A stretch of DNA of 64,000 nucleotides from Sodaliphilus sp. (GTDB taxonomy: Bacteria > Bacteroidota > Bacteroidia > Bacteroidales > Muribaculaceae), in NCBI GenBank assembly GCA_050873765.1, contig JBNMJK010000004.1:2844-66843 (forward strand), in the 5' to 3' direction. Below are positions 1 through 10,700 of the stretch, piece after piece. Position numbers and translations under genes: made by a program. The stretch's first letter is position 1. Every line of letters starts with the position of its first letter. The notes beneath the pieces are model-generated. The model had not been told where the DNA came from. It was given only the letters and a program-made list of their open reading frames with translations, and did not search any database.

Positions 1-47
1 AGTCGCACACGGGCAAGACTCCCTCCGACTACCGGAAATCGGCATAA
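1..47 (+). CDS. 3' end of an AraC-family transcriptional regulator (partial)
   Basis: Frame from base 3 reads SHTGKTPSDYRKSA*, matching the AraC HTH C-terminal pattern (..TGxTPxxYR). Confidence 0.65.
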   Translation, partial: SHTGKTPSDYRKSA

Positions 48-93
48 ATCAATCAAAAAAAATTGACTACACAACGCAGAAGAACATCAGCTT

Positions 94-687
94 ATGAAGA
101 CAGAACTGGAAAAATGTATGGCAGGCGAAACCTTCACCGCCGACCGCTCAACCATTGAGGTGGCATTGCGAGCCAAGCGGCTCATCAAGCAGCTCAACAG
201 CTGCGACTACGCCGACACCGCATCGAAGCGCGCCATATTGGAGCGCCTGTTCGGCTCGATGGGCGAGCATGTGCATGTGGACATCGACTTCCATTGCGAG
301 TATGGGCAGAACATACATGTGGGCAACAATGTGGTGATTAATATGAACTGCACCTTTGTGGACAACAACCGCATCAATATTGGCAACCGTGTGCTCATTG
401 CCTCAGACGTGAAGATGTACACCGCCACACACTCCACCAACCCAGCCGTGCGCAACCACAGCCAAAATCCCAATCCCGGCTACTGGTGCCAGACCTACGC
501 GCGCCCCATCACCATTGAAGATGAGGTGTGGATAGGCGGCGGTGCCATTCTGCTGCCAGGTGTCACCATTGGCAAGGGCAGCGTGATAGGCGCGGGGGCA
601 GTGGTGACGAAAGACGTTCCGCCCTATTCTGTGGCAGTGGGTAATCCGGCAAGGGTGATCAAGCGCACGGAAGGCTTTCAGGAATAA
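94..687 (+). CDS. Sugar O-acetyltransferase (maltose/galactoside acetyltransferase family)
   Basis: Mac-type N-terminus, CEYGQNIHVG, hexapeptide repeats, VAVGNPARVIK. Confidence 0.9.
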   Translation: MKTELEKCMAGETFTADRSTIEVALRAKRLIKQLNSCDYADTASKRAILERLFGSMGEHVHVDIDFHCEYGQNIHVGNNVVINMNCTFVDNNRINIGNRVLIASDVKMYTATHSTNPAVRNHSQNPNPGYWCQTYARPITIEDEVWIGGGAILLPGVTIGKGSVIGAGAVVTKDVPPYSVAVGNPARVIKRTEGFQE

Positions 688-721
688 TTTGGAATATCAA
701 CATTAAAAAACAGTAAAACCT

Positions 722-1669
722 ATGATGAAGAAACTATTTGTTATGGCACTTGCCCTGGTGTGCGCCATCTCGGTATCGGCCCAGTCGAAAGTGTATATGA
801 CCAAGGAAATCAGCCCAGAGGCGCTGGTTCGCATCTATAAGGCACTGGGCGTGGCAGCCCATGGCCGTGTGGCCATCAAAATCAGTTCTGGCGAGATGGG
901 CGGCAACAACTATCTAAAGCCTACCCTGATCCGTGGCCTTGTGGACGAGGTGAACGGCACGCTTGTGGAGTGCTGCACCGCCTACGGAGGCAGCCGTCAG
1001 GACAAGGGTAAGCACTGGGAAACAATTCACGCCCACGGTTTCGACTCTATCGCAGCCTTCGACCTGATGGACGAATACGGACAGATGCGTATTCCTGTAA
1101 GAGACAAGAAGCACCTGAAATACGACATCGTGGGCGACCATCTCGCCAACTACGACTTCATGATTAATCTTGCCCACTTCAAGGGACACGCCATGGGTGG
1201 CTTCGGCGGAGTGCTTAAAAACCAGAGCATAGGCGTGGCATCGACCGACGGCAAGGCATATATCCACACAGCCGGCAAGGTGGCCGACCCCTCGCAGCTC
1301 TGGCAGAACCTGCCACAGCAAGACGACTTTCTGGAGAGTATGGCAGCCGCAGCACAGGGCGTGGCCGACTACTTCGGGAAAGGCAACATCGTGTACATAG
1401 ATGTGATGAACAATATGAGCGTGGACTGTGACTGCGACAACCACCCAGCCGACCCCGTGCTCAAGGATATGGGTATTCTTGCCAGCACCGACCCCGTGGC
1501 ACTTGACCAGGCCTGCCTCGACCTTGTGTTTGGCCACAAGGCTAAGCCGGGCGACGACGAGAAGCCACTCATTGAGCGCATCAACCGCCAGCATGGCACC
1601 TACATCACCGACTATGCCGAGAAAATAGGCTTAGGCAGCAAGACGTATGAATTGGTGATGATTAAATAA
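722..1669 (+). CDS. DUF362-family Fe-S protein with signal peptide
   Basis: VAIKISSGE, HFKGHAMGGFGGVLKN, DCDC motif, DMGILASTDPVALDQAC. Confidence 0.8.
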   Translation: MMKKLFVMALALVCAISVSAQSKVYMTKEISPEALVRIYKALGVAAHGRVAIKISSGEMGGNNYLKPTLIRGLVDEVNGTLVECCTAYGGSRQDKGKHWETIHAHGFDSIAAFDLMDEYGQMRIPVRDKKHLKYDIVGDHLANYDFMINLAHFKGHAMGGFGGVLKNQSIGVASTDGKAYIHTAGKVADPSQLWQNLPQQDDFLESMAAAAQGVADYFGKGNIVYIDVMNNMSVDCDCDNHPADPVLKDMGILASTDPVALDQACLDLVFGHKAKPGDDEKPLIERINRQHGTYITDYAEKIGLGSKTYELVMIK

Positions 1670-1731
1670 GCACATATATCTACAGAAAATTTTTTACAAA
1701 CATAAAAACGAATAAAAACAAGACAGAAGTT

Positions 1732-2550
1732 ATGAATAAAACGATTCTTACGCTATTACTCATACTACTATCAACTACACAAATTATGGCACAAAATAAA
1801 ATTACACAGACAGCCGGACGCACTCAGCTTGGCGAGTTCGCGCCTGAGTTCGCACACCTCAACGATGATGTGCTTTTTGGAGAAGTATGGAGCCGCAACG
1901 ACCTGCTGAGTCTTCGCGACCGCAGCCTGGTCACCATCACCTCGCTCATTAGTCAAGGTATCACCGACAACTCATTGAAATATCACCTCCAGACCGCCAA
2001 GGCCAACGGCATCACCCGCACCGAAGCCGCTGAAATTATCACCCATATCGCCTTCTACGCAGGCTGGCCAAAGGCTTGGGCCGCTTTCAACCTTGCCAAG
2101 GAAGTGTGGGCCGATGATGTGAAGGGCTCCGACGCCAAGGCCGCATTCCAGCGTGAAATGATTTTCCCGATTGGCGACCCTAACACCGCCTACGCCAAAT
2201 ATTTCAAGGGCAACAGCTATTTAGCACGCGTATCTACCGAGCAGGTGCCATTTGCCAACGTGACCTTTGAGCCAGGCTGCCGCAACAACTGGCACGTTCA
2301 CCACGCCACCAAGGGCGGAGGCCAGATGCTTGTGGGTGTGGCTGGCCGCGGCTGGTATCAGGAGGAAGGCAAGCCCGCGCAGGAAATTCTGCCAGGCACT
2401 GTGATCCATATCCCTGCCAATGTGAAGCACTGGCATGGCGCTGCCAAGGACAGCTGGTTTGCCCACCTCGCTTTTGAGGTGCCAGGCGAGAACTGCTCCA
2501 ACGAGTGGCTTGAGCCAGTGAGCGATGCCGATTATAACAAACTAAAGTAA
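1732..2550 (+). CDS. Carboxymuconolactone decarboxylase-like plus cupin fusion protein
   Basis: LSLRDRSLVT...HIAFYAGWPKA CMD domain; TFEPGCRNNWHVH...HWHGA cupin. Confidence 0.85.
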   Translation: MNKTILTLLLILLSTTQIMAQNKITQTAGRTQLGEFAPEFAHLNDDVLFGEVWSRNDLLSLRDRSLVTITSLISQGITDNSLKYHLQTAKANGITRTEAAEIITHIAFYAGWPKAWAAFNLAKEVWADDVKGSDAKAAFQREMIFPIGDPNTAYAKYFKGNSYLARVSTEQVPFANVTFEPGCRNNWHVHHATKGGGQMLVGVAGRGWYQEEGKPAQEILPGTVIHIPANVKHWHGAAKDSWFAHLAFEVPGENCSNEWLEPVSDADYNKLK

Positions 2551-2579
2551 GCATTTATCCACTTCATAACTACGCGTAT

Positions 2580-3194
2580 ATGATCAAAATGATAAAAAGC
2601 CTGGCTGTGATGGCACTTGGGCTTCTGCTGCCCGTGTCGTGCACAGGCGCGAATCAAGCAAAAAAGAGTCAACCTATGAACAAGAATAGTAAAGTGCTGG
2701 TGGTGTATTTCTCGCACGCAGGCGAGAACTACGCCGTGGGCAATGTGAAAGTGGGAAACACCAAGTTGGTGGCCGACGAAATACAGAAAGTCACCGGCGG
2801 CGATGCCTTTGAAATTGTGGCAGAGAAAAACTACGACATGCCCTACGATGCTCTGACCGAACTGGCCAAGAAGGAGACAGAGAGCGGTGAGAAGCCAGCC
2901 TTTAAGGGCAGTGTGCCCGACATGGCGAAGTACGACACCGTGTTTGTGGGCGGTCCCATCTGGTGGGGCACATATCCACAGGTGATGTTCACCTTCTTCG
3001 ACAAATGTGATCTGAACGGAAAGACCATCATTCCTTTCTCCACCCACGAAGGCAGCGGACTGGGCAGCGTGGTGAGCGACCTGAAAAAGCTCTATCCAAA
3101 GGCCACCGTGAGTGGCGCGTTCAGCATCTATGGGCACGAAACACGTGGCGACCTGTCGAAAGTGGACAAGTGGCTGAAAGGCTTGGGCTATTAA
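2580..3194 (+). CDS. Flavodoxin (possible lipoprotein)
   Basis: LVVYFSHAGENY, GGPIWWG, PFSTHEGSG; LLPVSC lipobox-like. Confidence 0.85.
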   Translation: MIKMIKSLAVMALGLLLPVSCTGANQAKKSQPMNKNSKVLVVYFSHAGENYAVGNVKVGNTKLVADEIQKVTGGDAFEIVAEKNYDMPYDALTELAKKETESGEKPAFKGSVPDMAKYDTVFVGGPIWWGTYPQVMFTFFDKCDLNGKTIIPFSTHEGSGLGSVVSDLKKLYPKATVSGAFSIYGHETRGDLSKVDKWLKGLGY

Positions 3195-3219
3195 AAAAAC
3201 TACAAATAATGACAATTTC

Positions 3220-4326
3220 ATGAAGGCTGTGTGGCTGATTATATTCCTCGTCTTGCCCATTGTGGGCTTGACTTATGTGCTGTGGCACATTTGGCACTTG
3301 CTGCCTTTCGCTGGTTCATGGCGGTGGACAGTGACGGGTGTGGGCATTGCGCTGTTTTTCACCATGTTTGCCGGATTTTCTGGTGTGATAGAGAAAATGC
3401 CGCTCAATATGGCCACGGTCACTTATGAGATAGGCAATTCCTTCATATTCATATTGCTTTACTTGGTCATGACATTCCTTGCCCTCGACTTGGGCAGAAT
3501 GGTGCACCTGGTGCCTAAGGCGTGGCTATTCAGCAATGGCTACACTGCCACAGCCATATTAGCGCTGATGATTGGTGTGTTTGGCTATGGCAATATCCAC
3601 TACTATCACAAAGTGCGCCAGCAGATGAGTCTGACCACCGCTAAGCCGATAGCCTTTAAGGGCGACAGTGCGAAGATTGTGCTTTTAAGCGACTTGCACC
3701 TCGGCTATCACAACCGCAGGAGCGACTTCAAGAAGTGGGTGGATATGATCAACGCCGAGCACCCCGACCTGATTCTGATTGCTGGCGACATTATCGACAT
3801 CAGTGTGCGTCCGCTCTTTGAGGAGCGCGTGGCCGACGAGTTCCGCCGCCTGAAAGCCCCCGTGTATGCCACTCTTGGCAACCACGAGTATTATAGTGGC
3901 TCGGAAGAGGCCAGGACGTTTTACCGAGATGCAGGCATCACCCTCCTTCGTGACAGTGTGGCGAGCGTGGGCGGCATAGGCATCATCGGCAGGGACGACC
4001 GCACGAATCAGCGCCGCAAGCCCCTGCAAGCCTTGATGAGTGAAGTGCCAAAAGGCGAATTTACCATTCTGCTCGACCACCAGCCCTATCATCTGGAAGA
4101 GGCGGAGCAATGTGGCATCGACTTCCAGTTTAGCGGTCACACCCATTATGGACAAGTGTGGCCAGCGTCGTGGATAACCAATGCCCTGTATGAAAAGGCG
4201 TATGGCTATTTGCAAAAGGGCCACACCCAGTATTATGTGAGTTCGGGTATGGGCATTTGGGGCGGCAAGTTTCGCATTGGCACCCAGTCGGAATACTTGG
4301 TACTGAACGTGAAACGAAAAAATTAA
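3220..4326 (+). CDS. Membrane-anchored metallophosphoesterase (YkuE-like)
   Basis: N-terminal TM helices; DLHLG, GD, GNHE, SGHTHYGQ motifs. Confidence 0.9.
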   Translation: MKAVWLIIFLVLPIVGLTYVLWHIWHLLPFAGSWRWTVTGVGIALFFTMFAGFSGVIEKMPLNMATVTYEIGNSFIFILLYLVMTFLALDLGRMVHLVPKAWLFSNGYTATAILALMIGVFGYGNIHYYHKVRQQMSLTTAKPIAFKGDSAKIVLLSDLHLGYHNRRSDFKKWVDMINAEHPDLILIAGDIIDISVRPLFEERVADEFRRLKAPVYATLGNHEYYSGSEEARTFYRDAGITLLRDSVASVGGIGIIGRDDRTNQRRKPLQALMSEVPKGEFTILLDHQPYHLEEAEQCGIDFQFSGHTHYGQVWPASWITNALYEKAYGYLQKGHTQYYVSSGMGIWGGKFRIGTQSEYLVLNVKRKN

Positions 4327-4340
4327 AATTATTAGAGAAA

Positions 4341-5180
4341 ATGCAGAACAACGATAAAAAAGATGTGCTGATTCTTACTGGAGCTGGCCAGATAGGAATG
4401 GCGATAGCCAGAAGAATGGGTGCAGGAAAGAAAATAGTGATTGGCGACAAGAGCGAGACCAACGTGGAGAGCATTGCCGCCACCATGAGGAATGCGGGTT
4501 TTGATGTGGCCACCTATGTGATGGACCTCTCATCGCGCACTTCCATCTTGGGGCTGATAGCGGAAGCCCAGAAATATGGCGAAATAGCCATGCTGGTGAA
4601 TGCTGCCGGAGTGTCGCCAAGTCAGGCGCCCATCAGCACCATTCTGAAAGTGGACCTCTATGGCACGGCTGTGCTCCTTGAAGAGGTGGGTAAGGTGATT
4701 CGTGAAGGTGGCGTTGGTGTGACCATATCCAGCCAGTCGGGTCACAGAATGCCGGCTCTCACCCCAGAGGAGGATTTGCAGCTTGCCACCACTCCCACAG
4801 AGAGCCTTCTGTCGTTACCGCTTCTTCAGACGCAAAACATTCGCGATACGCTCCATGCCTACCAGCTTGCCAAACGCTGCAATGTGAAGCGTGTGATGGC
4901 TGAGGCGGTGAAGTGGGGCGAGCGTGGCGCGCGAATCAACTCCATTTCGCCGGGTATCATTGTCACGCCGCTGGCCATCGATGAGTTCAACGGCCCACGA
5001 GGCGACTTCTACAAGAATATGTTTGCCAAGTGTCCGGCACAGCGGCCTGGCACAGCCGATGAGGTGGCTAATGTGGCAGAATTGCTCATGACCGACAAGG
5101 GCGCGTTTATCACCGGATCCGACTTCTTGGTTGACGGTGGCGCCACGGCATCATACTTCTATGGGCCGCTGAAGCCTTGA
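4341..5180 (+). CDS. SDR-family oxidoreductase
   Basis: TGAGQIG, NAAG, YQLAK catalytic motif; start moved to ATG 4341. Confidence 0.85.
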   Translation: MQNNDKKDVLILTGAGQIGMAIARRMGAGKKIVIGDKSETNVESIAATMRNAGFDVATYVMDLSSRTSILGLIAEAQKYGEIAMLVNAAGVSPSQAPISTILKVDLYGTAVLLEEVGKVIREGGVGVTISSQSGHRMPALTPEEDLQLATTPTESLLSLPLLQTQNIRDTLHAYQLAKRCNVKRVMAEAVKWGERGARINSISPGIIVTPLAIDEFNGPRGDFYKNMFAKCPAQRPGTADEVANVAELLMTDKGAFITGSDFLVDGGATASYFYGPLKP

Positions 5181-5241
5181 GGTGGTTTTAGATATAGAGA
5201 TAAAACAGCAGAACTATAACATTATAAAAAAACGTGAGAAT

Positions 5242-5790
5242 ATGAAAAAGGTGATTGTGATATCCACCAGCTTGCGTGTAGGCTCAAACAGCGATATGCT
5301 TGCCGACAAATTTGTGGAAGGCGCTGTGGCTGCAGGCAACGATGTGGAGAAAATTTCGCTTGTGGGTAAGGAGATAGCTTTTTGTAAAGGCTGTCTGGCC
5401 TGCCAGAAATTGGGTAAGTGTGTGATCAACGACGATGCCAACGCCATCATGCAGAAGGTGCTTGACGCCGATGTGGTGTGCTGGGCATCACCCATCTACT
5501 ATTATGAGATGAGCGGCCAGATGAAGGTGCTCATCGATAGAATGAACGCTATGTATCCGCTTGACTACAAGTTCCGCGACGTGTATATGCTCACTACCGC
5601 TGCCGAGGACGCGCCAGAGGTGCCAAAGCGCGCCGAGGCTGGGCTGACAGGCTGGATCGACTGCTATCCCAAGAGCCACCTTGCCGGCACGCTCTTTTGT
5701 GGCGGCGTCGATGGCCCTCGCACGATAGAAGGCAATGCAAAATTGCAGGCCGCCTATGAGTTGGGAAAGAGTGTGGGCAGCGGCAAGTGA
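5242..5790 (+). CDS. Flavodoxin-family / NADPH-dependent FMN reductase (Fe-S flavoprotein-like)
   Basis: STSLRVGSNS, CKGCLAC, SPIYYYEMSGQMK; start moved to ATG 5242. Confidence 0.85.
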   Translation: MKKVIVISTSLRVGSNSDMLADKFVEGAVAAGNDVEKISLVGKEIAFCKGCLACQKLGKCVINDDANAIMQKVLDADVVCWASPIYYYEMSGQMKVLIDRMNAMYPLDYKFRDVYMLTTAAEDAPEVPKRAEAGLTGWIDCYPKSHLAGTLFCGGVDGPRTIEGNAKLQAAYELGKSVGSGK

Positions 5791-5853
5791 CACTGCCAAA
5801 AAACAGAAACTGCTAAACGTAAAAGTCTGCGCGTGAGCGTGGATGTAGATTCT

Positions 5854-5900
5854 AAAAAACGAGCTCAAAGACCGCCAGTGGCCTTTGAGCTTTTATTTTT
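5854..5900. terminator. Intrinsic terminator between convergent genes
   Basis: AGCTCAAAG/CTTTGAGCT stem, A-tract before and T-tract after. Confidence 0.7.
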
Positions 5901-5950
5901 GCAAATGGATTAGTTAATTTATTGATGGATATAAAGATGCCCTTGGCGCA

Positions 5951-6748
5951 CTATGGCTGGAAAAAGTCGCTTAGCCTGAGCTTTGTGACAATAGCCCTGT
6001 GATCCGACAACTGGTCGGGTAGGGTAGTCGGGCAGAAGTGGGGCTTGAATGACTGCGAGGGAGCGTAGGTGAATAGATAGTCGATCTTTCTGTCTGGATT
6101 CAAGGCAGGGAATGTAGGGTCGGTGCCAGAAATGTCGGTCATTGCTGCATGGAATTTGTGAGCGCACATTTCCTCTGGGTAGGCGTTGAAGTCGCCACCG
6201 ATTATAGTAGGCAGGGCAGTGCCTTTAATTTTGCCAATGATGTAATCGGCCTGCAAGCTCCTTGTCTCGGCGCTTTTTACATCGAGATGCGTGCAGGCAA
6301 AAGCGATTTCATGCTTCCCGTCAATTTCAAATTTTCCTAACAGAAGCACCCGTTGCTCCGTATGCTTGGGGTTTGGAAGTTGGAAACATTCCATATTCAA
6401 GCATGGGTGACGCGACAGAATGGCAATGCCATAATAGCCGCCGGCAAAATTAAGCGTTTTGCCAAAATAGCCGAACATGTTGGTTCTTGCTGCCAATGCC
6501 GACACGATGTTGATTCCATTCATCTGTTTCGCATTGGCGCGATTTGTCATCACGTCCACCTCCTGCAGTGCCACAAAGTCGGGGTGGTGAGCATTGATGA
6601 AATCCGCGAGAGAGTCAATCGTCGTCAGGCTGCCGGCACGAATGTTGTAGGTCATCACAACCAGCTCTTTGTCGGCGGCATTAGCCTGAAAACTGCCTGC
6701 CGCTATGAGCAAAAGGCTTAATAACAATAATTTCTTAATATGCTTCAT
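5951..6748 (-). CDS. Endonuclease/exonuclease/phosphatase (EEP) family secreted protein
   Basis: MTYNI, LQEVD, THLD, GGDFNA, IDY, SDH motifs; signal peptide. Confidence 0.9.
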   Translation of the reverse strand: MKHIKKLLLLSLLLIAAGSFQANAADKELVVMTYNIRAGSLTTIDSLADFINAHHPDFVALQEVDVMTNRANAKQMNGINIVSALAARTNMFGYFGKTLNFAGGYYGIAILSRHPCLNMECFQLPNPKHTEQRVLLLGKFEIDGKHEIAFACTHLDVKSAETRSLQADYIIGKIKGTALPTIIGGDFNAYPEEMCAHKFHAAMTDISGTDPTFPALNPDRKIDYLFTYAPSQSFKPHFCPTTLPDQLSDHRAIVTKLRLSDFFQP

Positions 6749-7737
6749 TTTAATGGAGTGATTTGATCATTCAATTTACTATGGTGAAAAACAGCCTGCT
6801 TGCCATTGAAGTGGCCAATATACGAAAAATAATCCGGATCGGCTACGAGTGGGTTAAGAAACCACGTGTAGATGCCTTCCCAATGTGTGGTGTCACCGCT
6901 TTTGACAACGTGATTGCCGATGAGCTTGTGGTACGACTTGCTCCATGAGTTGCCGATAAACACCACATCATCGTCGGTGATGAGGTGATGGTCGCCCAGA
7001 CCGGCTTCGGTCAAAAACGCTGCCGCATAGCAGACTTTCGATTTTTCGATGAATTGATGAAAGTGTGGTGCCGATTTTCGGGTGAACCTATCCACACTGC
7101 CCACCGGAGTCCATCTGGAATATTCACCACCGGGAGTGAGAATCTCTGTTTCTCCTATCATCATCGACTGCATGCCATAATAGCGGGCAATCGTCAGCGG
7201 CTGGCGGTTGAGATAGTGATGGGTGGCCGACACTTGAATACTGTTGCCGCTAATGGTGTAGGTGACAGATTCCGTACAGAATTTTTGGGCGGAATCAGAC
7301 GGATTCAGCAGCGTGTTGTGCACACATACTGTCACGCATTGTGCCTCACCAGAGAAATCAGCCGTTATTCGGTTGCCGTCAACAGATATGGAAACGCTGT
7401 CGGTATGAGCTGATGGCGATCCGTTGGCCAGCAGATGATTGCCACCGGTCCAGCCGGCACCGTCGATTAAAAACGGCCCGATATTGTCGCTTGTGGCCTC
7501 ATTGACCACGGTGGTGTCGATAAGCACACGGCAGAATGTGTAGAGATGGTTAGCCATGCATCGGCGGAACTCATAGCTGATGGTGTGCTGCCCCTCCAAC
7601 TGCGAACTGATACGAAGCAATTCTCCGTCCAAAGCCACGTGGATTGTGGCTTTGGCAGAGGAAACGAATACCGACGACAAAACTAAAATAGCGAGCGCCG
7701 ATTTCAATGCTTTATACTTAAAAATAGAGGCAGGCAT
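6745..7737 (-). CDS. Secreted hypothetical protein, beta-rich
   Basis: 330-aa ORF with signal peptide; start/stop overlaps with both neighbours. Confidence 0.75.
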   Translation of the reverse strand: MPASIFKYKALKSALAILVLSSVFVSSAKATIHVALDGELLRISSQLEGQHTISYEFRRCMANHLYTFCRVLIDTTVVNEATSDNIGPFLIDGAGWTGGNHLLANGSPSAHTDSVSISVDGNRITADFSGEAQCVTVCVHNTLLNPSDSAQKFCTESVTYTISGNSIQVSATHHYLNRQPLTIARYYGMQSMMIGETEILTPGGEYSRWTPVGSVDRFTRKSAPHFHQFIEKSKVCYAAAFLTEAGLGDHHLITDDDVVFIGNSWSKSYHKLIGNHVVKSGDTTHWEGIYTWFLNPLVADPDYFSYIGHFNGKQAVFHHSKLNDQITPLK

Positions 7738-10700
7738 TATTTGATTGTCAATTTTTTGTTGTGCCGCCGGTCAACGATAATCTTGGCCAATTCGTCCATG
7801 ATAGCCTGATTCTTGGCGTTGGGATTGGCAGCCATGTCGATTAGTGCCTTGCTGCCGGTGTAGTAGGCAATGGTGGAAGTGGAGAATACATGGTGGCGGC
7901 GGAAAGCGTTGATGTAGGCCTGCATACGTCCGTAAGAAGAATCTTCTGAGCCGTAAAGCGCTTTCGAGTCACATTCAAATTCCATAGCCATACCAAGGTT
8001 AAGAGCCTCGTCACATGCATCGTCGAGGCGCGAGTCCGGAATTTTCTTGTCGAAGAAATGGTTGGGCTGATAGTATGCAATGTCGAATCCCAGCTCTTTC
8101 CATCGGTCGTAGCCTCTTGCCCTGTAATACGGAATCCAGATGAATTCAAGTCCTTTGGCGTGTACGGCAGGCGTAATGTGCTTCACCAGGTCTTTTGTGT
8201 GGCAGATGTCTTCGTCCACCCAATAGAGGCCAGCCAATTCCAGATTTTTGTATCCGGCTTTGGCGAAACGCTCCACCAATTCATTGATAAACCAGATGGC
8301 TGCTGCTGAGCGGTCGCCATAGTTGTCGAAAATCAGCGTGCGGTTGCCCAGTTTGCCCCAGTCGGTCTGGCCGGCGATAGGGGTGGGTATGGTCAGCACG
8401 ATTTTATGTTTGAATCCAGGGGCGCCGATAGAGTCGATTTGCTGACTGATGCACTTGTCGATAGCGTCGAGTGATTTGCCTTTTTCAAACAGGCGGTCGA
8501 GATACCATTCCCATTCCTGCTTGCGGGCGTTTTTCGCGCCATATTGCGGAACGAAAGTGTGTCCCATGCCATCGTTGAAGTCGAGAAATAGGAATCCGTC
8601 GAATAGCCAGTCTCTGTGCCCGTCGGCGAACTTGTGGGTTACGTAGGGCAGGAACTGGTCGGCGGTCCAGTCGATTCGCTTAGCTCCGCCTTGATAGATC
8701 AAAGCCAAGTCGCGGATCGTGTTTTTTGGATATTCCTGAATCGTGTCGCATTTCATCACCTCGACAGGCTCTACTGGCGCAAGAATATTTTCAACTTTCC
8801 ATTCGAGTGCCTTGCCCACTTTCAACTGCGCAGCGCTTAATGTGGAGGCTGGGTCGGCTGAATGGCGCAATTGCACGGTGTAGGAGCCTTTATCTGTCAG
8901 CCAGGCAGAAGACTGCTCATTGAACGAGGCGATGTCTCTTGCGCTGAACGAAAGCTTTACGGTTTCGCTCTCTCCAGGCGAGAGCAGCTTGGTCTTGGTA
9001 AAAGCTTTGAGCTCAGCTTCCGGCTTGGTAATGGAGTCTGTTTTTTGATTTGACTTCACGTAGAGCTGAACCACCTCGCGGCCCGCAACGCTTCCAGTGT
9101 TTTTTACATTCACGCTTACCGTCCACTTGTCACCTGTTTTTTTCACTGTGGGCTTGGAGTAGGCGAAATTCGTATAGCTCAAGCCATAGCCGAAAGGAAA
9201 CGACACATGGCGGTGTGAGGTGGAGAAATAGCGGTAGCCCACCCAGATGTCTTCCTCGTAGTCCGTGTAGTCGAAGTTGCGTCCCTCGGTCTGGCCAACG
9301 TATGGATAATTTTTAGCCGAAGGAATGTCGGTGTACTTCATCGGGAATGTCATAGGCAGCCTGCCAGAAGGATTTACTTTGCCAGAAATCACGTCGGCAA
9401 CGGCGTTTCCACATTCCTGACCGGGAAACCAAGCCATGAGTATGCCATCGGCGTTCCATTTCCAGGATTCGGTTTCGATTACACCGCATACATTAAGAAC
9501 GACCACCATTTTTTTGCCCTGCTTGCGACATTCGGCGCCCACTTTGTTGATTAGCGCCGTTTCTTCAGCAGTGAGGTTGAAGTCGTTTTCCACGGTTCTG
9601 TCGGAAGTCTCACCTGAGCCGCGCCCTATCACCACCACAGCAATGTCGCTTTTGCCTATTTCTTCCGCCACGAGAGCCTCGTGGCCAGTGATGTCCATTT
9701 CCGGAGCTACAGTGCGGTGGTATGAAATCTTTTGCCAATCGGGGCAGTCGGGGTATTTGTCGTCGAGAACGGTTCTGAAATCAACGTATTTACGGTAGAT
9801 TTCAGCCACTCTGCCGTTGATGGCGAACCCGGCGTTCTCAAGGCCGGTGGAAATGTCGATGACGTATGGCTTGTTGACATTCGACGAGCCAGTACCGCCA
9901 GCTATTGACTTATATGCGGTGGCTCCGAACAGCGCGATTTTTGAGCCCGCTTTCAGAGGCAGCGGGTTGTTGTCGTTTTTCAGAAGCACCATTGATTCCG
10001 ACGCAATCTTTCTTGATGCCGCAGCATTTTGGGCAAGTGCTGGAGTGGTGAAGTGCCACCCCTTGGCAGTTATGGATTTCGCCACAAGGCGGAGCACGTC
10101 TTTCACGCATGCGTTGATGGCATCGGTCGAAACTTTTCCGGTGTTGACAGCCTCTATGATTTCTTGCACGATTTCCTCATCGCCGGGCATAATCAAGCCG
10201 CAGCGGGCATTGAGCAGATCGGCAGTAGGGCGGCGCACGGTCCAGTCGGTAAGCATCAGACCGTTGTATTTCCACTCGTTGCGGAGCAGCCGTATCATTA
10301 AGTCTTTGTTAGTCTGTGTGAATTGTCCGGCTATTTTATTGTACGACCCCATGATAGTCCATGGGTTGGCTTCCTTTACACAAATCTCGAATGCCCTGAG
10401 ATAGATTTCACGGAGAGCACGCTGAGAAATTCTTGCATCATTGAATTTTTTGCCAGTTTGCTGGTTGTTTGCCACAAAATGCTTGAGGCTTGTGCCTATG
10501 CCACATTCTTGAATGGCTCTGATGATGGCGGCAGCCATTTTGCCTGTGAGCAGAGGATCTTCTGAGAAATATTCAAAGTTGCGTCCACAAAGGGGATTCC
10601 TCATAATGTTTATTCCGGGAGTCAAGACGATGTCCACGCCATAAGCCTTCGCTTCGTCGGCCATGCATCTGCCTTGCCAGTCGGCGGCATTGACGTCCCA

